Positions 19,811 to 28,365 of a stretch of 64,000 bases of DNA are shown one piece after another; within the stretch, counting starts at the first letter, position 1, and each line of letters starts with the position of its first letter. The notes under the pieces are model-generated. The model was not told where the DNA came from and did not search any database. It saw nothing but the letters and a program-made list of their open reading frames with translations. Position numbers and translations under genes: made by a program. Origin of the DNA: Minisyncoccota bacterium (lineage in GTDB: Bacteria; Patescibacteriota; Minisyncoccia; Phycocordibacterales; UBA9973); the NCBI GenBank assembly GCA_035491955.1, contig DATJJU010000015.1, positions 30,440 through 94,439 on the forward strand. Direction: 5' to 3'.

Positions 19811-20029
19811 ATGGCAAAGTTAAAGAAATCTACGAAATGGCTGATAGTGGCAATCATGATGATGGTAGTCGGTATGGGTTTAATGATGTATTGCTACACA
19901 CAAGAAAAACGCTTTATTCCAGTGTATGGACCCCTTTACGGATCAATCGGATGGGGGATGATGCTGATAGGAATGATTATGGCTGCTGCTATAGTCGCTA
20001 CTACAAATAGACCGTCGCGATATCACTAG
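19811..20029 (+). CDS. small 2-TM membrane protein (72 aa), Met-rich
   Basis: The ORF has two hydrophobic helices. Confidence 0.4.
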   Translation: MAKLKKSTKWLIVAIMMMVVGMGLMMYCYTQEKRFIPVYGPLYGSIGWGMMLIGMIMAAAIVATTNRPSRYH

Positions 20030-20109
20030 GTAATAAAGTGAAGATATATAAAGTCTCAATAAAACGAGGCTTTTTTTATTTGGTTTTTTATGCCAATATA
20101 TAAGGACAT

Positions 20110-21555
20110 ATGAGCGAACAGCATGAAAAGGCTATCACGCCTCGCGGGGAAGATTATTCACAGTGGTATTTGGACGTTATTGCGGCAGCAGACTTGGCAG
20201 AATACGCCCCAGTAAAGGGGTGTATGATCATTAAGCCAAATGGCTATGCTATTTGGGAGCGTGTACAAGCTATTCTTGATGCTCGATTTAAGGAACTTGG
20301 AGTACAGAATGCATATTTCCCATTACTTATTCCAGAACGATTGCTTAAGCGTGAAGCTCAGCACGTGGAAGGTTTTGCTCCTGAAGTAGCTGTTGTTACT
20401 CATGCAGGGGGAGAAAAACTTGAAGAACCGCTTATTGTTCGTCCTACATCTGAAACAATTATGTACGAGGTGTTCTCCGGATGGATTCATTCATACCGAG
20501 ACCTTCCTCTACTGATAAACCAATGGGCAAACGTTGTGCGTTGGGAAATGAAAACCAAGCCATTCCTCCGTACTACAGAATTTTTGTGGCAAGAGGGTCA
20601 CACCGTGCATGCTACAGAAGCAGAAGCTGATGCATATGCGCGACAAATGCTCGGAGTATATGAATGGTTCTCTCGCGAATACATGGCTATTCCTGTTATT
20701 ACAGGTCCGAAGTCTGACAATGAGCGTTTTGCCGGCGCACTCCGTACTTATAGCTGTGAAGCAATGATGCAGGATGGCAAAGCTCTGCAGTATGCAACGT
20801 CACACAATCTCGGTGATAATTTTGCCAAAGCGTTTAATATTCAATTTCTTGATGATCAAAATACTCCGCAGTACGGCTGGCAAACAAGCTGGGGCCTTTC
20901 TACTCGTTCAATTGGCGGATTGATTATGACCCATAGTGATGACAAAGGTTTAGTGATCCCTCCACGTATGACAAATACACCAGTTGTTCTTGTTCCTGTA
21001 TTTACTGCTGACAATAAAGAAGAAGTTATGACGAAAGCCACTGAGCTTGCTGATATGATTTCTAAAGGCACAGGTCGTCTTGTAAAGATAGATGATCGTG
21101 ATCACTTGCGCGTAGGGGAAAAGTTTTTTGAATGGGAAAAAAGAGGTGTACCGCTCCGTATTGAATACGGGCCAAAGGATATTGCCGCAGGTCATTGTGT
21201 AGCGGTGCGCCGTGATACAGGAGAAAAACAAACACTCAGTGTGGGCGATGATATAGGTGGAGAAGTAAAAAACATTTTGGAGAACATTCAGTCTTCACTC
21301 TATGAAGTAGCGGAAAAACGTTTGAAAGAAAATACTATTAAGGTAGACGGTTGGGATGATTTTGTTAGTGCAATTGAAAACGGAAAATTTGTTTTAGCAC
21401 ACTGGGACGGTACAACTGAAACTGAAAAGAAAATTAAAGAAGAAATTGGCGCAACTATTCGTTGTATTCCATTTACTCAAGAACAAGAAGATGGGGTATG
21501 TGTGAAGACAGGTCAGCCATCACAAGGTCGTGTCTTGTTTGCTAAGGCCTATTAA
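20110..21555 (+). CDS. proS: prolyl-tRNA synthetase, archaeal/eukaryotic type
   Basis: 481 aa class II aaRS with motifs typical of archaeal-type ProRS and no bacterial INS editing domain. Confidence 0.9.
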   Translation: MSEQHEKAITPRGEDYSQWYLDVIAAADLAEYAPVKGCMIIKPNGYAIWERVQAILDARFKELGVQNAYFPLLIPERLLKREAQHVEGFAPEVAVVTHAGGEKLEEPLIVRPTSETIMYEVFSGWIHSYRDLPLLINQWANVVRWEMKTKPFLRTTEFLWQEGHTVHATEAEADAYARQMLGVYEWFSREYMAIPVITGPKSDNERFAGALRTYSCEAMMQDGKALQYATSHNLGDNFAKAFNIQFLDDQNTPQYGWQTSWGLSTRSIGGLIMTHSDDKGLVIPPRMTNTPVVLVPVFTADNKEEVMTKATELADMISKGTGRLVKIDDRDHLRVGEKFFEWEKRGVPLRIEYGPKDIAAGHCVAVRRDTGEKQTLSVGDDIGGEVKNILENIQSSLYEVAEKRLKENTIKVDGWDDFVSAIENGKFVLAHWDGTTETEKKIKEEIGATIRCIPFTQEQEDGVCVKTGQPSQGRVLFAKAY

Positions 21556-21557
21556 TC

Positions 21558-22601
21558 ATGTTCAAAAAACTCTACCAACGCTTCTCAAATGATATCGGTA
21601 TCGATCTTGGTACTGCTAATACGCTCGTCTATGTCAAAGGCCATGGCATTGTCATTAATGAACCAAGTATTGTAGCGGTCAATCAAAAGACGGGACAAAT
21701 TGTTGCTATCGGACGTGAAGCAAAAGAAATGTGGGGCAAGGCGCCGGAGCATATTAAGATTGTGCGACCGCTTTCAGAAGGCGTTGTCTCAGACTTCGAA
21801 ATGACAGAAGAAATGCTGACATACTTCATTCGCAAAGTAGAAAAGATGTCTAATAAATTTTTCCGTCCACGCGTTGTTATTGGCGTACCTTCAGGTATTA
21901 CGAATGTGGAAATGCGCGCTGTGTATGATGCGACGATTGATGCTGGTGCGCGCGAAGTATATCTCGTAGAAGAAGCTATGGCTGCGGCTATCGGCGTACG
22001 ATTGCCGGTATTAGGATCAAATGCCAGTTTCATTGTAGACATTGGCGGAGGCACAACAGATATTGCGCTGATTGCTCTAGGAGGCATTGTACGTTCGATG
22101 AATTTGCGTGTAGCAGGAGATCATTTTGATGCTCGTGTTGTGGACTATTTGCGCGATGAATTTAAGCTCTTGGTGGGTGAGCGAACAGCGGAGTCTGTAA
22201 AGCTTTCACTCGGCTCTGCTATTGAAACTGACTATATGGAAATAGAAGTGCGTGGCCGTGATCTCGTTACAGGTTTGCCAAAAGCCTTGATGATCACTGA
22301 TGGCGATGTGCGCGAAGCATTTGCGCGTACCGTTGCATTGCTTATCGCAGGTATAAAAGAAGTGCTTGAAACAGCTCCGCCAGAAATGGTCTCAGATATT
22401 TTACAAACAGGCATTGTTCTTACTGGCGGAGGCGCAAACCTTCGCGGCTTGCCAATGCTTCTCGAACAAGAATTGCGTTTACCTGTACACATTGCAGAAG
22501 ATCCATTATCAGCAGTGGCGCGTGGTACCGGCATTATTCTTGAGCAATTTGATGAATATAAGAGTACACTATTATCACTAGAGGATCATGCCGCGTTATA
22601 A
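21558..22601 (+). CDS. mreB: rod shape-determining protein MreB
   Basis: Actin-fold motifs 'GIDLGTANT', 'DIGGGTTD'. Confidence 0.9.
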   Translation: MFKKLYQRFSNDIGIDLGTANTLVYVKGHGIVINEPSIVAVNQKTGQIVAIGREAKEMWGKAPEHIKIVRPLSEGVVSDFEMTEEMLTYFIRKVEKMSNKFFRPRVVIGVPSGITNVEMRAVYDATIDAGAREVYLVEEAMAAAIGVRLPVLGSNASFIVDIGGGTTDIALIALGGIVRSMNLRVAGDHFDARVVDYLRDEFKLLVGERTAESVKLSLGSAIETDYMEIEVRGRDLVTGLPKALMITDGDVREAFARTVALLIAGIKEVLETAPPEMVSDILQTGIVLTGGGANLRGLPMLLEQELRLPVHIAEDPLSAVARGTGIILEQFDEYKSTLLSLEDHAAL

Positions 22602-23352
22602 AAAACCAACTCAAAAAGTAAGACCGTTGCGCACCTGGCATCCATTATTGAAATGGGGTCTTATTATCGGTGGAGCAGTTATTTTAATTGCACTCGCAGC
22701 ATTTTTTGTAAAAAGAATTGCCAGTCACGTACCGCCTATCTACGGCAGCACGGTCAGTGGAGAGTTTTCATCAAAGCGCGCACTTATTAGCAAAGTGAAT
22801 GCATTAGAGTCACAAATCAATAGCGATCAGGCGCGGCTCAGCACGCTTGCTCAGCTACAAAATGAAAATGATACGTTGAAAGCAGAGCTTGGACGCGTAC
22901 CTCCACCAAAAGGTATCTTGGCAAATGTGCTGTCTCTGCCCAACAGAAGTTTTTATGACACAATGAATATTGATGCTGGCAGCGCAGAGGGCGTGCGAAA
23001 AGATATGATTGCCTATGCCTTCGGTTCTGTGGCACTTGGCACTGTTTCTTCTGTTACTGCTCATACCTCTACGGTAGTGCTCTATAGTGCGCCAGCCAGA
23101 CAAACTACCGGTACAGCAGTCGGCAGCAATGTAGCAGTGACTTTGCTCGGACGCGGCGGAGGAGAATATGAAGTGCGGCTTCCTCGCGATGTACCCTTTG
23201 ACATAGGCGGTACCGTTGCTCTCCAGTCGACCGACGCCGCGACGCTTGCTACTGTTCAAAAAATCATTACCGATCCTCGCGATCCTTTCCAGCGTCTCCT
23301 CGCCAAAGCTCCTGTAAATCTTCAGGCATTGAAGTGGGTGATAGTGCGTTAG
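22588..23352 (+). CDS. mreC: rod shape-determining protein MreC
   Basis: N-terminal TM helix, coiled coil and a beta-rich C-terminus. It overlaps the mreB stop. Confidence 0.6.
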   Translation: MPRYKKPTQKVRPLRTWHPLLKWGLIIGGAVILIALAAFFVKRIASHVPPIYGSTVSGEFSSKRALISKVNALESQINSDQARLSTLAQLQNENDTLKAELGRVPPPKGILANVLSLPNRSFYDTMNIDAGSAEGVRKDMIAYAFGSVALGTVSSVTAHTSTVVLYSAPARQTTGTAVGSNVAVTLLGRGGGEYEVRLPRDVPFDIGGTVALQSTDAATLATVQKIITDPRDPFQRLLAKAPVNLQALKWVIVR

Positions 23353-23410
23353 TGATCAGGCATATTGACGAAGAACTGAAATACTGTAGAGTAAGAAAAA
23401 ACTAAATAGT

Positions 23411-23812
23411 ATGAAAATAGATCTTGAAAGATTTCGTCACGGTACGGGATCATTATCCTTTATAGGACAGAAACAAGGACAAGACGCTCGGACAATATTA
23501 AACCTTGATACGTTTGATACTAACGAGGACGTATGTACCTTTACTATCCCTCCTGACACAGTATCCTTTAATCCAAGTTTTTACTTAGGGCTGCTGCGCA
23601 AAAGTCTGGAAGTATTGGGTGAAGAAGCATTCAAGAAGAAATACTTGTTTGAAATTCAAAGGAAGATTGTTATTGTTGTTATTCCTCAGGATAAAAAAGA
23701 AGAAGATAAAGAAACTAAAAGGTATGACACAGTTTCAAAGAACCTTGTAGACGGATTTAGAAATATGCAGAATATGATTGCTCTCAAGGGTCCCCTCTGG
23801 CTTTTAAATTAA
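23411..23812 (+). CDS. hypothetical protein (possibly STAS-like / DUF4325-like)
   Basis: 133-aa cytoplasmic ORF. It is followed by the terminator hairpin AGCCTTCAT-ggt-ATGAAGGCT at 23834-23863. Confidence 0.35.
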   Translation: MKIDLERFRHGTGSLSFIGQKQGQDARTILNLDTFDTNEDVCTFTIPPDTVSFNPSFYLGLLRKSLEVLGEEAFKKKYLFEIQRKIVIVVIPQDKKEEDKETKRYDTVSKNLVDGFRNMQNMIALKGPLWLLN

Positions 23813-23833
23813 ACAATAAGCTATCTAACAACT

Positions 23834-23863
23834 AGCCTTCATGGTATGAAGGCTTTTTATTTT
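23834..23863 (+). terminator. intrinsic terminator
   Basis: A 9-bp stem followed by a U-tract. Confidence 0.6.
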
Positions 23864-23908
23864 ATAAAAAAGCAGTATCTAGGGGTTACCATCGATACTG
23901 CGAAACTC

Positions 23909-24549
23909 TTACTGGGGCAATAGAACTTTTTCACCAGGAAGAAATAATTGGTGACACACTTTTTGTTGCATGTCTTTCCAAACAACTAATCTGTTCTGTG
24001 TACCGTCTCCTTTATTGTGACCCATTCGCCAACTTGCTAAAGGAGGACAGTGTTCAGCCGTGGAACGGTCGTCAATTGAAAAAGGAATTCCTTGTAATTC
24101 TTCAAGAACTGCTTCCTTGACTTGAAATGAAAAATTATTTTGCCTGAAGTGTATTCAAAATACTTGTTACCATATTTCTGAACGATACTTTCATAGCAAC
24201 TATCTCTTTGGATTTCAAACGAGTGTAAAAATGGCCCGATGTGGCAGGCTACTTTCTCTGTTTCAAAATGTTTAAGCATCTGCTCAAGTATTCCGTTTAA
24301 GAAACCTCTCCATCCTGCATGGCAAATGCCAATATTTTTTTCATCCCAGAAAGCAATAATGCAGCAATCTGCGCCGTATGCACCAAGTGCGATATTTTTC
24401 TTTTCAGTAATTAAACCATCAGCATTTTGTACCCACTGTATATCAGGATCTTCTGTGATATTGGCATCCATAATCACGACGTTCGTGCTATGAATTTGCT
24501 TCATGACTATTAATTTGTACATAGTATATTGATTTCCACCACCATACAA
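23909..24549 (-). pseudogene. YfiH/PgeF (DUF152, purine-nucleoside phosphorylase / peptidoglycan-editing) family gene, N-terminally short and frameshifted
   Basis: The listed ORF (24037-24549) carries 'QIHS', 'GADCC' and 'CHAGWRG' (the His/Cys/His site). The conserved C-terminus ('...IPFSIDDRSTAEHCPPLASWRMGHNKGDGTQNRLVVW', matching E. coli '...FGGDRCTYTENETFFSYRRDKTTGRMASFIWL') continues in the +1 frame down to a TAA at about 23909. The shift lies near an A5 run at about 24125-24133. A TTG start is used. Confidence 0.5.
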
Positions 24550-24601
24550 CCTGTTTTCGATTTTAGCAATAGTTCAATAAGTGTGTTATAAAAGGTGAGC
24601 A

Positions 24602-25804
24602 ATGCTGAAGTTTACGATTGAGAAAAAACTTGAAGGAACGCTTGCGAGAGCAGGGGAGATTGAGACCAAGAACGGTGTTATCAAGACACCGGCTTTTGTA
24701 GTGGTGGGAACGAAGGCAACAGTGAAAGCACTGACAGCGGAGCAAATCAGAAGTTTAGATGCGCAGGTAGTGTTGGCGAATACGTATCATTTATATTTGC
24801 AGCCAGGTCCTGAGATTGTCGAGAAGGCCGGAGGCTTTCCAAAGTTTATGGACTGGCATGGTCCGACTATGACAGACTCGGGCGGCTTTCAGGCATTTTC
24901 ATTGGGAGCGGCGTTTGGCAAGGCTGTCAGCAAAGTGGCGGCAGCAGATGCAGCGAAAGAAGAAACGGATGAAGAGTATCAAAGCGATATGCCCGACGAA
25001 CGCCTGGCAAAGGTGACAGATGAAGGTGTGACATTCAAATCACATCTTGATGGTAGCAAACATTTGTTTACTCCAGAGTCTTCGATGGAAGTACAGTGGA
25101 AGCTCGGTGCGGATATGATTTTTGCATTTGATGAATGCACCAGCCCGACTGCGCCATATGAATACCAAAAGAAATCTCTTGCTCGCACATACGAATGGGC
25201 CAAGCGCAGTCTGGCTCGTCATGAGGAGTTGGATACTGAGAAAAAGCAATCGCTCTTCGGTGTTGTGCAAGGTGGGCGACACCAAGATCTTCGCGAAGAA
25301 GCTGCGCGCACTATCGGTGCATTAGATTTTGATGGATTTGGTATTGGCGGTTCATTTACCAAAGACGATATCGGTACTGCTGTCAGTTGGGTAAACAAGC
25401 TGTTGCCTGAAGACAAGCCGCGCCATCTTCTTGGCATCGGTGAACCATCAGATCTTTTTGATGCTGTAGAAGCCGGGTGTGATCTTTTTGACTGTATTGC
25501 TCCAACTCGCATGGCGCGCCACGGCACAGTACACACTACTACCGGTCGTTTGAATATGAAGAATGCACAATACGTCGATCAATTTATTCCGCTTGATGAA
25601 GGCTGTACCTGTTATACCTGTCAGCATCACACTCGCGCATATATTGCTCACCTTTTCCGTGCAGAAGAAATGACTGCTGCCACACTAGCGTCCATCCATA
25701 ACCTTCACTTTATTCTTCGTCTTGTTGAAAATATTCGCGAAAGCATTTTGAATGATACCTTTCACCAATACAAGAAGGATTTTTTAGCAAAATACTATAA
25801 ATAG
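24602..25804 (+). CDS. tgt: queuine tRNA-ribosyltransferase
   Basis: A TGT barrel with the Zn site 'CTCYTCQHH...H'. The RBS 'AAGGTGA' is preceded by TGtTATAAA. Confidence 0.9.
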   Translation: MLKFTIEKKLEGTLARAGEIETKNGVIKTPAFVVVGTKATVKALTAEQIRSLDAQVVLANTYHLYLQPGPEIVEKAGGFPKFMDWHGPTMTDSGGFQAFSLGAAFGKAVSKVAAADAAKEETDEEYQSDMPDERLAKVTDEGVTFKSHLDGSKHLFTPESSMEVQWKLGADMIFAFDECTSPTAPYEYQKKSLARTYEWAKRSLARHEELDTEKKQSLFGVVQGGRHQDLREEAARTIGALDFDGFGIGGSFTKDDIGTAVSWVNKLLPEDKPRHLLGIGEPSDLFDAVEAGCDLFDCIAPTRMARHGTVHTTTGRLNMKNAQYVDQFIPLDEGCTCYTCQHHTRAYIAHLFRAEEMTAATLASIHNLHFILRLVENIRESILNDTFHQYKKDFLAKYYK

Positions 25805-25836
25805 GCAACACTTGACGCCTTCTATATAATAGAAGT

Positions 25837-27894
25837 ATGAAGTTCGAAATTTCTGACCATTTTAAGCCAGCAGGTGACCAGCCTAAGGCCATTGAAAGCC
25901 TTCTAAAAGGCTTAAAAGATGGCGAGCAGCTTCAGACATTATTGGGCGGTACAGCGACTGGTAAGACATTTACTATGGCCAATATTATTCAGGCAGTGCA
26001 GAAGCCGACACTGGTTATTGCTCACAACAAGACATTGGCAGCACAGCTAGCCAGTGAGTTCAAAGAATTCTTTCCAAACAATGCTGTGCACTACTTCGTA
26101 TCGTACTACGACTACTACCAGCCTGAGGCCTATATGCCGGTGACGGATACCTATATTGAAAAGGATGCACAGATCAACAAAGAAATTGATCGTCTTCGCC
26201 ACGCTACCACGCAGTCCTTGCTGACACGCAAGGATGTCATTATTGTGGCTTCTGTTTCTTGTATCTACGGGTTGGGTTCTCCTGTTGAATACGAAAAAGT
26301 AAATTTCAAAATTGAAAAAGGTATGAGCCTTTCTCGTACTGATGCCATGCAGCGTCTCATCAGTATCCATTTCTCACGAACTAATGCAGACCTAGATTCT
26401 GGTCAGTTCAGAGCGCTTGGTAACAAAATCGAAGTCATGCCAGTGTCAGGTACTGAGCAATACATGATCGAATTCACAGGCAATACTGTTAGCAGTATCC
26501 TAAAGATCGATCCGGTGTCTTCTCGTATTCTGGCAGAAGAAGAAACAGTCTTTATCTTCCCAGCCAAGCACTTCATTACTAATGAGGATGAAAAGGATCG
26601 CGCCATTAAAGACATCAAGCATGAGCTGGATGAGCAATTGAAGCATTTTGAATTGGAAGGAAAGCTTCTCGAAGCTGAGCGCATCAAGCGTCGTACAAAC
26701 TATGACTTGGCCATGATCAAAGAGATTGGCTATTGTTCTGGTATTGAAAACTATTCTCGACACATGTCGGGCAAGATGGCAGGCGAACCACCAGAAACAC
26801 TATTGTCCTACTTCCCGCACAAAGCCGACGGTTCTGCTGACTTCATGCTCTTCATCGATGAAAGTCATGTGACAATTCCACAATTGCAGGGCATGTATGC
26901 CGGCGATGCGTCTCGCAAGCAAACGCTCGTAGACTTCGGCTTTCGTTTGCCAAGCGCTAAAGACAATAGGCCATTGAAGTTTGAAGAATTCAAGGAGCGT
27001 ATTGGTCAGACCATATTTGTCTCTGCCACACCAGGTAAATATGAGCAGGAACATTCTACAAAAGTAGTTCAGCAAATTATTCGTCCGACTGGTCTGGTTG
27101 ATCCAATGGTAGATGTTCGTCCTATTTTGGAAAATGGCGATTATCATGGACAGGTTCATGACTTCATTAATGAAGCAGAAAAAGAAATCGCTAAGGGTGG
27201 TCGTGTACTTGCTACGACGCTGACAAAGAGAATGGCAGAAGACCTAACGGATTATTTGAAAGAAAAGAAAATCAAAGCTGGCTATTTGCACAGCGATGTG
27301 AAGACTATTGATCGTATCAAGATTATTACTAACTTCCGAAAAGGGGAGTTTGATATTCTGGTTGGCGTGAACCTGCTTCGTGAAGGTCTTGATATGCCGG
27401 AAGTATCATTGATTGGTATTCTTGATGCCGATAAGGAAGGCTTCTTGCGCAGTGAAGTTTCACTCATTCAAACTATTGGTCGTGCAGCTCGTAACGCTAA
27501 CGGCCGCGTTATACTATACGCCGACAACATGACCGGCTCTATGGATCGTGCGATCAAGGAAACGACGCGTCGTCGCGATATTCAGCTGGCCTACAACAAA
27601 GAGCATGGCATTACGCCGAAGACTATTGAAAAGAAAATTCTTGATATTACGCAGGGTATGGAAAGCGATCATGCTAAGGCGGTGAACGCAGAGCTAGCGC
27701 TTGATATTGAACTCTTTGCACAATTGGAAAAAGACAATAAAGGCAAGCGCGGCAAAAAGAATCCTATTGAAAAACTGATCGCCATGAAAGAACAGGAAAT
27801 GAAAGAGTCTGTAAAGCTCTTGGATTTCGAAACTGCCGCCATCTTGCGTGATGAGATTAAAGTGCTGAGAGAAAGAACATATATTAATCCGTAA
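25837..27894 (+). CDS. uvrB: excinuclease ABC subunit B
   Basis: Helicase motifs 'GGTATGKT', 'DESH', and a C-terminal UVR domain. Confidence 0.95.
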   Translation: MKFEISDHFKPAGDQPKAIESLLKGLKDGEQLQTLLGGTATGKTFTMANIIQAVQKPTLVIAHNKTLAAQLASEFKEFFPNNAVHYFVSYYDYYQPEAYMPVTDTYIEKDAQINKEIDRLRHATTQSLLTRKDVIIVASVSCIYGLGSPVEYEKVNFKIEKGMSLSRTDAMQRLISIHFSRTNADLDSGQFRALGNKIEVMPVSGTEQYMIEFTGNTVSSILKIDPVSSRILAEEETVFIFPAKHFITNEDEKDRAIKDIKHELDEQLKHFELEGKLLEAERIKRRTNYDLAMIKEIGYCSGIENYSRHMSGKMAGEPPETLLSYFPHKADGSADFMLFIDESHVTIPQLQGMYAGDASRKQTLVDFGFRLPSAKDNRPLKFEEFKERIGQTIFVSATPGKYEQEHSTKVVQQIIRPTGLVDPMVDVRPILENGDYHGQVHDFINEAEKEIAKGGRVLATTLTKRMAEDLTDYLKEKKIKAGYLHSDVKTIDRIKIITNFRKGEFDILVGVNLLREGLDMPEVSLIGILDADKEGFLRSEVSLIQTIGRAARNANGRVILYADNMTGSMDRAIKETTRRRDIQLAYNKEHGITPKTIEKKILDITQGMESDHAKAVNAELALDIELFAQLEKDNKGKRGKKNPIEKLIAMKEQEMKESVKLLDFETAAILRDEIKVLRERTYINP

Positions 27895-27895
27895 A

Positions 27896-27921
27896 TAAAA
27901 AAAGCCGGGAAGTATCCCGGC
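27896..27921. terminator. hairpin GCCGGGA-agta-TCCCGGC between convergent genes (U-tract on the minus strand)
   Basis: Read directly. Confidence 0.5.
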
Positions 27922-27928
27922 TCCAAGT

Positions 27929-28267
27929 CTATTTCTTGTGAACTGTTAGTGTGGCTCTTGGCCTGTTCTCGCGATACATTTCAAGACCGTGTGTTTCAGG
28001 TATTTCTAAGTCTAGATCAGAAAACGCATCGATTATCTTTTTAAATCTCAGCACCTTTCTTTGAAATGCGTTAATATTTTTAACTCTTCGAAAGTCCTTA
28101 AGAAATTCTTCAAAGTAATCTTTCAAGGCTTCTTTAGCGTACAATAACTTTATAGTTTTTCTCCAAAAGGTAATAGTAGCTTTTCTGGTAGTTAAGTTCA
28201 TTTGGATACGTATAGTATCGCCCTCTTGTAATGTAGTTTCCTGATCTTTAATCTTAAGCTGTATCAT
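27929..28267 (-). CDS. hypothetical protein
   Basis: 112-aa ORF with no family I recognise. Confidence 0.35.
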   Translation of the reverse strand: MIQLKIKDQETTLQEGDTIRIQMNLTTRKATITFWRKTIKLLYAKEALKDYFEEFLKDFRRVKNINAFQRKVLRFKKIIDAFSDLDLEIPETHGLEMYRENRPRATLTVHKK

Positions 28268-28365
28268 TATTCTATTGTTTTGTATTCCTATTGTTTATAG
28301 CACAGTATTAGAAAAAAGTTGACTTTTGTGGTATAATGGGTGCCGTGGAAAAAGGAAGGAGAAAA

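Noticed and set aside
21683-22534. Antisense ORFs inside mreB
   Set aside because: They overlap a strongly conserved actin-fold frame.
24563-24745. 60-aa minus ORF overlapping the tgt 5' end
   Set aside because: It is antisense to the conserved tgt N-terminus.
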